Below, one piece after another: positions 1 to 11,903 of a DNA stretch of 64,000 nucleotides. The notes under the pieces were generated by a model. That model searched no databases and was not told where the DNA came from. It worked only from the letters and a program-made list of their open reading frames with translations. The stretch's first letter is position 1; the number at the start of each line of letters is the position of its first letter. Both the position numbers and the translations under genes were made by a program. Source of the DNA: Octopus sinensis (lineage: Eukaryota); contig NC_043004.1 of NCBI RefSeq assembly GCF_006345805.1, positions 4,650,001 to 4,714,000 of the forward strand. Reading direction: 5' to 3'.

Positions 1-681
1 GTCTAGCTCTCTCTCTCTCTTTCTGACTATCTGTCTCTCTGTCTCTCAGTCTATCTGTCTGTGTATCTGTCTATCCATCTGTCAGTAAACTGTTTTTCAA
101 ATTCTGCTTCTTGCAACAATTTCCATTGGCATTGTCTCCCAGACAAGAGGCTCAACAACTACAACAATCAGAACTAACAACAACTATAGCAGTAAAGCTA
201 CACCTATTTCCTTCTACACTTGGAATGGTGAATGCTGCCATCTTTAATATACCCAACTACTGCTTACATTTTAAACACCATAATCCTCCTCATTGAAGGC
301 ACACTAAACACTGTTCCCCTTTAAGCCTGCTATTTCTCATAGGTTACCATATTGGATAGTGAAAATGCATGAATGTTGCACCATCACATTTGCCCCTTTT
401 TATTAATTTGATTACATCATTTTTAAATAAGATTACTATCCCCTGTATTCATTTGTTGTAGCATATAGTGTGGAAAGAGTGAGTGTTATGTTAAGCATCA
501 CTGTTGAGGCTTTCTGATTCATCTGTATATTAATCTTAGTATTCAAGATACCTTACCTGTATATGTTCCTCCCGTATTATTTAGCCCTCTGCCTGTCTCT
601 ATTATATATATATATATATCTTTACATACACATGTGTGTATTATATGTATCTGTAAATAATTAATATGGTTGTAAGAAAAA

Positions 682-893
682 TGAACCTTCTTGCATTTAA
701 ACCAGCCATATTCGGCCAAAATATTCTGTCTACTTTATGTTCAACCTGGCCAGATTTGGCCTCTCATACCAATCCTACACTATCATTCTAAAAATTAACA
801 AGTTACCTCATCATAATTTCAATGCTTACAAGATAATGCATGATTAATTCAAAACAATGTGAATAAATAAGCATTGCTTTTGACAGAATAATA
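682..893 (+). mobile_element. piggyBac-like MITE family (~210-230 bp), decayed copy lacking right terminus
   Basis: Shares internal sequence (catttaaaccagccatat..., ataatgcatgattaattcaaaacaatgtgaataaataagcatt) with copies at 25430, 47743 and 57744 that end in TTAA. Confidence 0.65.
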
Positions 894-1510
894 TGGATGG
901 TCAAGGGTGAAGCAATGTGTTAGCATATCTATGAAACCCAGAGCAATAACCATGGGGTCCATATTGCTCGCATTTGTCAACAATAGACCTGGTTACAAAA
1001 TCCTTATAATAATTTAGCATGAGTAGATTAGCATGAAACCTGTTTGGAGACTGACACAATAGGCTGGCTGCACATTTCTGTTGAACAGGAACAATATAAT
1101 CACAGCACATGTAACCAGGTATGCATGTGTGTGTATGTATGTATATGGGTGTGTGTGTGTTTGTGTGTATATATGTATGTATATGTATGTATGTATATAT
1201 ATATATATATATATATATAGCATACATACACCATTTTTTGCTTTATGTCCATTTTCCCCATGCTAGCATGGGTCAGATGGAGAGATTTTAAAGCATCATT
1301 TTATGGCTGGATGCTCTACCTGTTGCCAACATTTACTTGTTTGCCAGATATAGGATTTCTTTATTCTACTGGTTTGGAAAATTAAGAACAATCACTTGTA
1401 ATGCCATGAGACTAAACATCACATTACTGCTGTACACTCAGACAGCGATGAATGAAAGCCTGGGCTGTTAACATTTACATGCACACATGGACACACACAA
1501 GTACATAACA

Positions 1511-1672
1511 TGCTTCTTTCCAGTTTTTGCCTACCAATTCCACTCACAGAGCATAGATTGGTTTGAGGCTATTATTAGAAGACACTTGCTCAGGGTTTCA
1601 TGCTGTAGGGTAGAATTTAAAAAACCCAAAGAGCTATGAAGTTCTCTGTAGCCACAAAAGTACGCCTGTGCC
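1511..1672 (-). mobile_element. SINE family A, old head+core fragment
   Basis: Diverged match to gcttctttcagtttccgtctaccaaatccactcacaagg...gaagacacttgcccaagg block; preceded by a (GAT)-type tail fragment at ~1250-1345. Confidence 0.65.
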
Positions 1673-1699
1673 TATATATGCACACACATACATATATAG

Positions 1700-1975
1700 T
1701 GAAGGTACATGGCTCAGTGGTACGGGTGTTGCATTCACAATAGCGAGATCATGGGTTTGATTCCCAGACCGGGCGCTGTGTTGTGTTCTTGAACAAAGAA
1801 CTTCATTTCATGTTGCTCTGCAATCATTTCGACATCTGACATGTGGCACCCAGTTGCACCTGTACAGGTAATGTCGATTTGATGGAGGGAGTGAGCTTAT
1901 GTCTACACAAATATCTGATCATTATAAACAGATCATCTCTGTGTTTGTTTTGTAAGAAATTGTCGAACCCTCATA
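1700..1975 (+). mobile_element. tRNA-derived SINE (family C variant, CORE-like)
   Basis: A-box-like tggctcagtggt, B-box-like ggtttgattccc, then gttgtgttcttgaacaaagaacttcatttcatgttgctc shared with family C copies. Confidence 0.7.
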
Positions 1976-2010
1976 CGTTAGGAGAGTTCATTATATATAT
2001 ATGTGTGTGT

Positions 2011-2370
2011 GGAGGCTCAATGGCCCAGTGGTTAGGGTAGCAGACTCGCAGTCATAGGATCACAGTTTTGATTCCCAGACCGAACGTTGTGAGTGTTTAT
2101 TGAGGGAAAACTCCTAAAGCTCCACGAGGCTCTGGCAGGGGGGGGAGGGTGGCGAACCCTGCTGTAGTCTTTCACCACAACTTTCTCTCACTTTTTCTTC
2201 CTGTTTCTGTTGTACCTGTTTTTCAAAGGGCCAGCCTTGTTACCCTGAGAACTATGTTAAGGGCACACATGTCTGTGGAGTTCTCAGCCACTTGCACATT
2301 AATTTCATGAGCAGGCGGTTCCATTGATTGGGTCAACTGGAACCCTCGTCGTTGTAACCAACGGAGTGCC
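2011..2370 (+). mobile_element. tRNA-derived SINE family D
   Basis: Head ggaggctcaatggcccagtggttagg...tttgattcccagacc; 3' part (ggaaccctcgtcgttgtaacc) recurs at ~19950-20141. Confidence 0.7.
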
Positions 2371-2592
2371 ATGTATACATGTGTGTGTGTGTCTTTATAT
2401 GTACATATGTATTAAAAGTCAGGGTACAGTATGTACCTGTTTGCTTGAAAGAAGAATAAAACCATGTACCTCTCACTATATGTAAACACGCATGGAGAAT
2501 GTTGCAAATACATTTAGAAAAACGGTTCTTCTAGTTTGTAAGTCTACAAACAGGAGCATAGATATCCCAGTATCAATTGATTTCACTTTATA

Positions 2593-2775
2593 ATCATCAT
2601 CATCGTTTAATATCCAGTCTCTGTGCTGGCATGGGTTGGATACTTTGACATGGAGCTTGCTTGCAGGGAACTGGCTGAACTCCAACTGTCTGTTGTGGCA
2701 AGGTTTCTACAGCTGGATGCCCTTCCTAATGCCAACCACTTGGCAGAGTGTGCTGGGTGCTTTTTACATGTCACC
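2593..2775 (-). mobile_element. SINE/non-autonomous retroelement 3' part with (GAT)n tail
   Basis: catcatcatcgtttaa...gctggatgcccttcctaatgccaacc; same module at 50050-50180 (-) and 52451-52605 (+). Confidence 0.7.
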
Positions 2776-2812
2776 ATATATTTTTTCTCTCTAGTTTCAG
2801 CTGTGGCCAACC

Positions 2813-2857
<45 letters not shown>

Positions 2858-2879
2858 CTTATATATATGTATATACATA

Positions 2880-3112
2880 CAGGGTTGGCCAAAAGTCACC
2901 TGACAGTAAATCAAAGCCATTTAATTCCAAGATTTATTTCTGTTTAACAACTGAATGAATTTGATAAAAGCATCTAGATATGAAACATCATGAATGTTGT
3001 TCAAACTGAAGTCCTTCTTGAGTGACATATTTTATCATTCGAGTCAATACAGAATTACTGATAGTATTTATGGAATTTTGATTTACTCTTGGGTGTCTCT
3101 TGGCCAACCCTG
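2880..3112. mobile_element. Tc1/mariner-type MITE
   Basis: 13-bp perfect TIR cagggttggccaa / ttggccaaccctg flanked by TA on both sides; 233 bp, non-coding. Confidence 0.85.
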
Positions 3113-3139
3113 TATATAAATCTATATAGATATATATTC

Positions 3140-3477
3140 TTTTATTTTTTTCAGTCATTTGACTGTGGCCATGCTGGAGCACCGCCTTTAGCCAAATGAA
3201 TCGACCTCAGAACTTATTCTTTGTAAGCCTAGTACTTATTGTATCGGTCTTTTTTGCTGAACTGCTAATTGATGGGGACATAAACACACCAATATCGGTT
3301 GTAATGCGCTGGTGGAGGGACAAACACACACAGGCACACACACACATATATATACAATGGGCTTCTTTCAGTTTCCGTCTGCCAAATCCACTCACAGAAC
3401 TTTGGTTGGCCCGAGGCTATAGTAGGTGCCATGTGGTCGGGAAGGAAGCTTCTTACCACACAGCCACTCCTGCACCT
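3140..3477 (-). mobile_element. SINE family A, near full-length with internal deletions
   Basis: Collinear with the 3876-4266 copy; two short deletions near 3425-3432. Confidence 0.85.
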
Positions 3478-3695
3478 ATACATATACAAAATGAAATTCA
3501 TAATTTGTTGGAAGTTCCTTTTGAAATTTTTGCAATTGTGAGTTATTCTCAAGAAGAGGAAATCATTGCAAGAAATTAAGATTACTTTCTGGAGTGGATT
3601 TGCATGCTAGTCTGAACTTTGCTGCTCTCAGTGAACAACTGTGGATAAGTGTTTTGGTTCTAGATGTCTGTCTAGATGTGTATGCTTGTATATAC

Positions 3696-3840
3696 ATGGG
3701 TGTATGGTTAAGAAGCTTGCTTTGCTGCCACAAGGTTTCAGGTCCAGTTCCACTACGTGGCATCTTGGGCCTGCATCTATAACCCTGAGTTGACATCTTG
3801 GGAGTGAATTTGGTAGATAGAAACTGTGAGGAAGCCTGTT
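3696..3840 (+). mobile_element. SINE family A head+core fragment
   Basis: atgggtgtatggttaagaagcttgc...tttggtagatagaaactgtgaggaagcc. Confidence 0.7.
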
Positions 3841-3875
3841 ATGTAGATATGTATCTGTGTGTGTATATACATATA

Positions 3876-4266
3876 CTCTCTTTTACTCTTTTACTTGTTT
3901 CAGTCATTTGACTGCGGCCATGCTGGAGCACCGCCTTTAGTTGAGCAAATCGACCCGACCCCGGGACTTATTCTTTGTAAGCCCATTCTTATTCTATCAT
4001 TCTCTTTTGCCGAACTGCTAAGTGACGGGGACCTAAACGCACCAGCATCGGTTGTCAAGCAATGCTAGGGGGACAAACACACACATATATATATACATAT
4101 ATACGACAGGCTTCTTTCAGTTTCCGTCTACCAAATCCATTCACAAGGCATTGGTCGGCCCGGGGCTATAGCAGAAGACACTTGCCCAAGATGCCACGCA
4201 GTGGGACTGAACCCGGAACCATGTGGTTGGTTAGCAAGCTACTTACCACACAGCCACTCCTGCGCC
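3876..4266 (-). mobile_element. SINE family A, full-length young copy (tRNA head, CORE-like block, internal microsatellite, (TAAAAGAG)n tail)
   Basis: Minus strand starts ggcgcaggagtggctgtgtggtaag (A box), ggttcagtccc (B-box-like), ttgggcaagtgtctt core, ends gaaacaagtaaaagagtaaaagag; many homologous copies in the window. Confidence 0.9.
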
Positions 4267-4392
4267 TTATATATGTATATGTATATATTTATATATAATA
4301 TAATATGAATGTGTGCGTGTGTGTTTATATATGTGTGGTGCCCCAGCATGGCTGCGGCCTTCGGGCTAAAACATTTTAAGGATTAAGGATAG

Positions 4393-4622
4393 ATATTTGT
4401 ATATATTACATGTATCCACACACAAGCACACACGCATATATATGTATACGTATATATCTATATATACATAAATATATAATGTGTTTACATAAATATTTGT
4501 ATATATTACATGTATCCACACACAAACACACACACATATATATGTATACGTATATATCTATATATACATAAATATATATATAATGTGTTTGCATAAATAT
4601 TTGTATATATTGCATGTATCCA
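4393..4622. repeat. ~100-bp tandem repeat, about 2.3 copies, built from TA/CA microsatellite
   Basis: atatttgtatatattacatgtatccacacaca... restarts at ~4393, ~4493 and ~4597. Confidence 0.8.
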
Positions 4623-4661
4623 TATACATATACACAAACACATATACATATATATCTATGT

Positions 4662-4693
<32 letters not shown>

Positions 4694-4793
4694 TTATAAT
4701 TAATCAATATAGGGAGGCAAAAAAATTTGTAGAATTCTTTTGCCCAGCGGCCTATGGGAAAAAATTAAATAGTCATAAACCATTTTTAATTCA

Positions 4794-5086
4794 ATATCAC
4801 ATCAAGGAACGGCCATAATAGGCCATTCACCCCACTAGAATAACAGCCAAAAGCTTCAACCGCAAAATACATTAATTCCGTAAATCAGGAGAAATTAAAA
4901 ACATTTACCCTGAATTCTAGACGATGCACCGTTTCTTCTATTAGAAGAACGTGCATCGTCTAAGGATTTCAGGGTAAATGTTTTTTATTTTCTCCTGATT
5001 TACGGAATTAATGTTATTTTGCGGATTGAAGCTTTGCTGTTTTCTAGTGGGTGAATGGCCTATTATGGCCGTCTTGTTTGTGATAT
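4794..5086. repeat. Long inverted repeat (fold-back), ~145-bp arms, essentially no spacer; probable Penelope-like remnant
   Basis: cattaattccgtaaatcaggagaaa (left) vs tttctcctgatttacggaattaatg (right); apex ttcttcta-t-tagaagaa at ~4941; (TA)n tracts on both sides. Confidence 0.9.
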
Positions 5087-5095
5087 ATATATATA

Positions 5096-5133
<38 letters not shown>

Positions 5134-6049
5134 TATGTGTGTGTGTGTGTCATATATATGTGTATATGTATAGCATATATATATATATATATATATATAT
5201 AGCTACCATATATGTATACATAAATGTATATGTGTACATATGTATATGTGTATATATATATATATGCATGCGCATGTATATAAATATATGTAGATATAAA
5301 TATATACACACATGTATTTATATGTATATGTACATGTACGTGTATAAAACTGCACAAAGAAATGTGTATGTTTGAATTTACAAACAAGGAAAAATTATTG
5401 CTGAGTTTCCTCTGTTGCATATTGGAAGGATAATCAGAGTAGGAGCCGAAAGAAATCTCAGTCCTACAGTATTGTGTCTGTGTTGGGTATATGAGGCAGA
5501 AAGGAGTAACATTTTCAGCTCTAATATATATTTTATAATCCACTGTGTGTTTAGGTTTTGTGTTCTTCATGTTGAAAGTGTCTGGTTTTTATGAACATAC
5601 ACGCACACACACACATTGTGTGTGTGTGCCTGCCTTTTGAAAAATATCATTCAATTATTATTTTTTTTTTGCAATGTGATGTGTTTGGAGATGTTAAGCA
5701 GCTGAATGAATGGTGGTGCGTTGGTGATTTCTCTGTTTCCATTCTCTGTCTGAATAAATTACCCAGCCATGCTGGTAGAGTGGCGACTAAGCATGAGTAA
5801 GCTGCACTAGCACCGGTGTGTATGTATGTATCTATATATGTATGTTTGTATATGTGTGTGTGTGTGTGTGTGTATTATAGCCAACCGAGATGACTGGCTT
5901 GTTGGACATAAACCAAGTAATGCTGCAAATATTGTCAAGGGAAAACCAGATGATGCTGTAGCTGCTGTTTTATATCTTGTCTAGATGTGGTAGTTAGTGG
6001 CAGTGTTTGTGGTTGAGTTAACTGCTGCTACTAATGCTGATGTTGTCAT

Positions 6050-6460
6050 TATTGTTAAAGCCCCTGGTCAACCCTGATTGAGCAACACAATGATCAAAGA
6101 CATTTCTGCTCTAACAATTTTTTTTTTTGTTGTGTATATCTAGAATTATATTTTTTTTTTAGTGTAGCTATGTTTCTTTATGATAGTAGGAAATAATTTG
6201 AAGGAATTTGGCTGCTATTTCTAGCAGATCGGGTTACTGTGTAGAGGCTCAATCATTAGCTCTTACTACTAATACTGTTGTTCAGCCCAGGTGTGACTGT
6301 CCCATCCTTCTCACAGTCATTGTTTATCTAGTACTTCATTATTCAGGTTGCGCCCCCTACTCCCATTTCCTTTATGACAACAGTAAGGAGTAATCTGAGG
6401 GAGATTTGGCTGCTATTTCTGTCAGGTCAGACTACCATGTAGAAGCTCATTCTTTGGCTG
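6050..6460. repeat. Old dispersed ~200-bp repeat family E, two adjacent copies (other copies near 13180, 16170, 18090, 25165, 27650, 30650, 32210, 36290, 43250, 50800)
   Basis: Recurrent motifs atttggctgctatttctagcag and agccccaggtca...tgatcaaag-cattcc seen at the listed positions in either orientation; class not determinable. Confidence 0.65.
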
Positions 6461-8120
6461 GATGTTGCTGCTGCTGCTGCTAGTGGTATGACTGCATGAC
6501 AATGTCTTTGCTGGTTGATCTTCTCCTAACTACATAAAGCATTCTAGATACTAAATAAAAAAGAGAAAAAGGGCATAGAACCCCCGAAGTGTTGCTAATC
6601 CCTTCATTTTGTTGTTATTTTATGCCTTAGAATTGTGGGTAAATCAGCCCAAAGCTTTCTACTGTACACTTCAGTTGGCTTCCTTTTTTTTTTTTCTCAC
6701 CTGCTACAATGATGACTAAATGTGCTGATCATTCATCTGTTTATCTATTACCTAAACATTGATTGATTTAGATGTTATGACATATTCTATCATTTTTAAT
6801 CATATTAAAAAGGAGAGGGAGAGGGAGAGAGAGACAGGGAGGAAAGAGATATGGGATGAATCTTTATATTTAGTGCCAGAGACATTTTCTTTGAAAGACA
6901 CAAAAGAAAGTGGGAACCGAAGAGATAAGAAAAAGAATATGACAATTCATTAAGATTAGTAGATTTTTCTCCAAGAAGAAACATAAATGCCTGTGTGTTG
7001 TTTCTCGCTTCTTTCTTTAAATTATTTCTCATGATTAATTTTGTTGTTATTGTTACCACTGTTGATGTTTATTTGCTTTTCTGTTGTTGGATTATGATAC
7101 GATTGATTGCTAGCAGATAAGTGGTGTGTATGTGCCCCCGTTTGTGTATGTATGTATGTATGTACGTGTGTGTTTGTTTGTGTGTGTGTGTGTGTTGTGC
7201 TGGTGTTGCAGTCGAATGCAGTAGCATACTGAAGGCTTGTCTGAACACAACTAGATTGTATGTAGAGAAATGAGTTCCTAGCACTGTATATCTGGTCAAT
7301 GATTCACACACACAAGCCGTGTTGAATCACAAGATAATAAGATTGATAGTGTGTGTCTGTTATATAGTTTTGTAATGGCCGGTAAATGACTTTGGCTTTT
7401 GTACAGTTACTGCAATACAGACACACACATACACATGTACATATTTATATATATGTCTACATAATATTATATGTGTGTGATTTTACCTTCTAATGCCTGT
7501 AGAATAAGTGAAGAGACAAGGGTAGAATTAATGAACAGACAAGGCATAGAGATATGATTTTATTAAGTATAGGGTTATTATTTAAGAGTGTTACCATACA
7601 TTCCTGCACACTTTGCAGTCATTATATCTTTTGTTCTGTATACTAATTGCCAAATAAAGCTTTCATAATATTAAATACCACACCTGTGGTATTTAACTTA
7701 TATGTTAATCATCCAGCTGCACTGGAACTGTCTCTGGATGTGAAACCAGGAAACTGAATGATGATATATATATATAGGCCAGCCATGGACCAATCAGTAC
7801 CTTTTGAGTGATATTGGTCGATGGAAATTCTGTAGATCTTTGCGTGTGTTCATATATATATATATATTATATACACATAAACATGTATAATATATACACG
7901 CACACACACATAATGTGTGTCTATATATGAATGTATGTCATATATATATATATATATATACTCATATGTATATGTGTATTTATATATGTGTGTGTATATG
8001 TGTATATTCATGTGTACATGTTTATATATATATATATATATATATATACATACACACATGCATGTATATATATTTATATACATACATGTATATATGTGTA
8101 TAGATATATATACATGTGTG

Positions 8121-8500
8121 TAGGTTTGGCTAGGACGTGTGGTAAGAAGTTTGCTTCCCCAACCACTTGGTTCCAGGTTCAGTCTCACTGTATTACACCT
8201 TTGTTTTGTGTCTTCTATAACTCCTGCACTAACCAAAGTGTTTGGGAATTGAATAAGTGGAAACTGAAAGAAACCCTTTGTATATATATATATGTGTATG
8301 TGTTTGTGTGTGTGTGAATGCATGTGTGTTACTGTCTGCTTGCCCTGGCATTGCGCAATAGTTGTGAGTGTCACCATCATATAAAGCAATATCCTCTGCT
8401 TTCAATCTTTTAAGACATGTCTACCTTACTGGGAAACAGGTTGAGGTGACAGAAAATCTACCTCAACAATTTCTGTCTGACTGATGTGGACTTTAAAGGA
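8121..8500 (+). mobile_element. SINE family A variant with alternative 3' module
   Basis: gtgtggtaagaagtttgcttccc...ggaaactgaaagaaaccc, internal microsatellite, then gggaaacagg...aaaatctacctcaacaa 3' module. Confidence 0.75.
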
Positions 8501-8661
8501 TTATGTATATATGTGTGTGTGTATACACACAGAGTGCTGTGAATAGACTGTCGTCTAAATTACGCAGAAATGAAAATAACTCTAACATCTCATTTTAACA
8601 GATATCCCTCTCTCTCTCTTTTGGAGAGGCACTGAGCAGCTATACGCACACATACACACAC

Positions 8662-8817
8662 GGCAGTAACTTCCACCTACCGAATTCAATCACAAAGCTC
8701 CGGTCGGCTCGGGGCTATAGTGAAAGACACCTACCCAAAGTGCCATGCAGTGGGACTGAACCCGAAACCATGTAACTAGGAAGCAAGCTCCCTAACCACA
8801 CAGCCATGCCCGCGCCT
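8662..8817 (-). mobile_element. SINE family A head+core nested in the maT element
   Basis: ggggctatagtgaaagacacctacccaaagtgccatgcagtgggactgaacccgaaacc...cagccatgcccgcgcc. Confidence 0.8.
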
Positions 8818-8864
8818 ACGTTTGTCAAAATTACATATAAATATCTTGAAATACTAGAGTAAAG

Positions 8865-9246
8865 TTATTCAATAAAATTACCATTGGCTTCAACTACAGC
8901 CTCCGGACGACTTTGGAATCTGCAACTCTTCTGGATGGTCTACTTGTTTAAGTTGGTGAATGCTGCCATAATCCTTGTTTTCAGTTCATCTTTGGTGTTA
9001 CAAGGAGTTTTGTTGGTCTCTCGCTCAACTGCGCCCCACACATAATAATCAAGGGGGTTGCAGTCTAAGGAGTTAGGTGGCCAGATGTTAGGGGTGTTGT
9101 GGACACAGAAATTGTCTGACAGCTATGACTGGGTTCTCCTGCCTGTGTGGCATGGTGGAGAGTCCTGTTGCGAGACATAGGGTCTTCCAGCAGCCACCCT
9201 CTTGACCCAGGGCAGCACTACCTCCTCCAGGCACTTGATGTAGGCC
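8865..9246 (-). pseudogene. DD37D transposase C-terminal fragment with stop codons
   Basis: Manual translation AYIKCLEEVVLPWVKRVAAGRPYVSQQD-(37 aa incl. IWPPNSLDCNPL)-DYYVWGAVERETN...AVVEANGNFIE*; 37 residues between the second and third catalytic Asp. Confidence 0.88.
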
Positions 9247-10404
9247 GTCAAAAATCAAAAGCAAACAATGTGCATGCACGAAATCAAAGAATATAAAATG
9301 GCAACAAGTTATCCATTACACCATGTATAAATAAATGTTGACCAACAAGAATGAGTGCTCAACATGGCATTGGTGGATAAAATTTCTTTATTTGCCTATT
9401 AAGGCTACCATTGGTTTCCTGTTAAGAAAAATATCTTAATATCTTTACAATTTTTCAAGCCGATCACATGAAGGAATGATGTTCATGTCCATCCTGGATG
9501 AAAACACAAAATGCCAGATACTGGATCAGGATGCAGTTCTTGGAGCTGCTGGATCCTGTCTAGTCGTCCCATCCATGCCAGTATGGAACATGGACATTAA
9601 ATGATGCCTACCCCATATGTATGTATGTATGTATGTTATGTATGTATGTATGTATGTATCTCTTCTCCAGCCACTCCTGCCCTAGTCATTCCTACTCACC
9701 TTGTATCTTGAAGGTCCACTCTGACACTAATTTCGAACTTTACCCTACCCTTACCCCCATCTCTTTTAAGCTATGAGTGGTTGGTGCTAGGACGGGCATA
9801 CAGCCTTAGTAACTATGCCAGTTATTGGAGCATAGACATTAAATGATGTCCCCTCTCCAACCATACACACACACACACACACAAATGCATATACATGCAT
9901 ACATATACACACATTACATAACCAGCTATGTTAATACCAATATATTGTCTGAAGTTTTTCTGAAGATTGACTTTGTGGGAAACTAAAGGTAAATGGGGGC
10001 ATTCCAGGACTGAAAACTATTCTGTATAAAACTTTCCATATTATTGCTTTTTGGATACTTAAAATTTGGAAAACTAAAACAGAAACGGTGCACTAGAATG
10101 GGATTATTGAAGTATTACTAGATGTCAAGCTTCTACTCACTTCTTAAGTCAAAATCAAATGTAATGTTTGTTTACAAACTTTCTCAGTCAACTTTAGGTA
10201 GAGTATCTGCATTATACTTGATTTTATTGCGATGCTATCTGCAATGAAATGATATTATCTTTATTAATTTCTTTTTAATATAATTTCCGTCACTTGTGCA
10301 TCAGCTATTCTGTGTGTACTACTATTCTTAACTTGCTATACATTAAACCATCAAATGTTGGTTCAAGTTTGAGCAGGATATCTTCAAATTAATGAGACAT
10401 ATAT

Positions 10405-10650
10405 CTTTTATCTTGTTTCAATCATTGAACTGTGGTCATGCTGGAGCACACTCACTACCTTGAAGGCTTTAGTTAAACAAATTGACCCCAGTACTTATTT
10501 TTAAGTCTGGTTCTTATTTTTTCTGTTGCTTTTACCAAAACACTCAGAGCTATAGCAGAAGACACTTACTCTAGGTACCATGCAGTGGGACTGAACCCAA
10601 AACTGTGTGGCTGCAAGGCAAGCTTCTTAATCACGCAGCTATGCCTACAC
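10405..10650 (-). mobile_element. SINE family A, internally deleted
   Basis: Tail module (tgtggtcatgctggagcac) joined to head module (gcagtgggactgaaccc). Confidence 0.75.
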
Positions 10651-11513
10651 TGTGTAGGAGGTTTAGAAAGGTTGGATGTCATGATGTCGCAGTTCTTTCT
10701 CAAAACCCATTCTCTTGTTGTATTTGACATCAGTTGTATAACATCGCCATAATAGATCTGTTACAAGGGAAGCTACACTATGGAGTGATAGTAATGTTGT
10801 GCAACAAGTTCATCCTTGAATATGTTAAATTTGTTGCTGCTACAAAAGAGATAATGGTGGAAAGGTAGACATTTTGTAGTCATTCATCGAAATAAAAGAT
10901 CAGAGGATTCTTATTCAAATGAGCTGACTCTAGACCTCACTTAAACTCAGTGACTGGTGAGTGCCTTACCATATTTCCATCATTAAAGAGAGGAAAGAGG
11001 TTATATATACTTAAAGCTACTATTTATCATGATAATCTGACGGTAGCATCTATGACATTCTTGACAATAGCATCTGCTCAACTGAATGATGTAAAAGTAC
11101 TTAATCACACATATTTACAAATACGCGCGAGTAAGTATATACACACGAATGAAACAAAGAGGCACTCAAGGTATTTAATTGGAGTTACATGTATTTTGAA
11201 TAGTTTGATTCAGCCATGTTTCTGCTGGCCTGTAAGTCCCTCCTTCAAAGTCCTTCCAAAGACTTGCCTGACACCATGGTGCCCCCAGCTTCCTGTCCAG
11301 CCATGCGGTCCAAGAAATTCTCCCTTCTAATGTATCTGGTATCAATGAAATGTTCATCTCACTTATGATCAGCAACACCTTATGATCCACCTTGGCCAGT
11401 AGCAGCCATCTTGGACTTCCTGTATATCTCCATTTGGTAAGCTGATAAGCTGATCCTGTCAGGAGCCTGAGGAACTTTATGTTGCTTGGAGCTGAATCAA
11501 ATAATCAAACTGT

Positions 11514-11518
<5 letters not shown>

Positions 11519-11556
<38 letters not shown>

Positions 11557-11624
11557 CATATATATGTGCTCCAGCATGGCCGCAGTCAAATGACTGAAAC
11601 AAGTAAAGAGTATAACACCACACC

Positions 11625-11663
<39 letters not shown>

Positions 11664-11903
11664 CTATATATATATATATATATATATATAATATCATACA
11701 TACACATCATATATATAATATATATATATATATACACCATACATACATACACACATATATATATATATATATAACCAACATACACATATATATATATATA
11801 TACATACCATACATACACATATATATATATATATACATACATATAATAGATACACATATATATATATATATATACATACATACGCATACTATATATATAT
11901 ATG
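11519..11903. repeat. Compound (TA)n/(TACA)n microsatellite field with a SINE tail at 11566-11612; SINE A head (-) follows at 11907-12057
   Basis: Direct inspection. Confidence 0.9.

Larger units (their letters stand above)
8530..9325 (-). mobile_element. Internally deleted DD37D (maT-type) Tc1/mariner transposon, interrupted by a SINE
   Basis: Degenerate TIR-like ends (cagagtgctgtgaatag...; ...ttatccattacaccatg-TA) around a transposase C-terminal remnant. Confidence 0.7.

Noticed and set aside
1032-1118. Open frame ending at a CAG|gtatgc donor
   Set aside because: No pyrimidine tract at the acceptor and the peptide is unrecognisable
7850-8389. Longest ORF (179 aa) and the many Y/I/T/H/V/C-rich ORFs
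   Set aside because: Translations of (TA)n/(CA)n microsatellites and SINE sequence, with no protein-like content
10950-11470. 126-aa ORF and GC-richer patch, possible retroelement remnant
   Set aside because: No diagnostic RT, RNase H or integrase motif could be read in any frame
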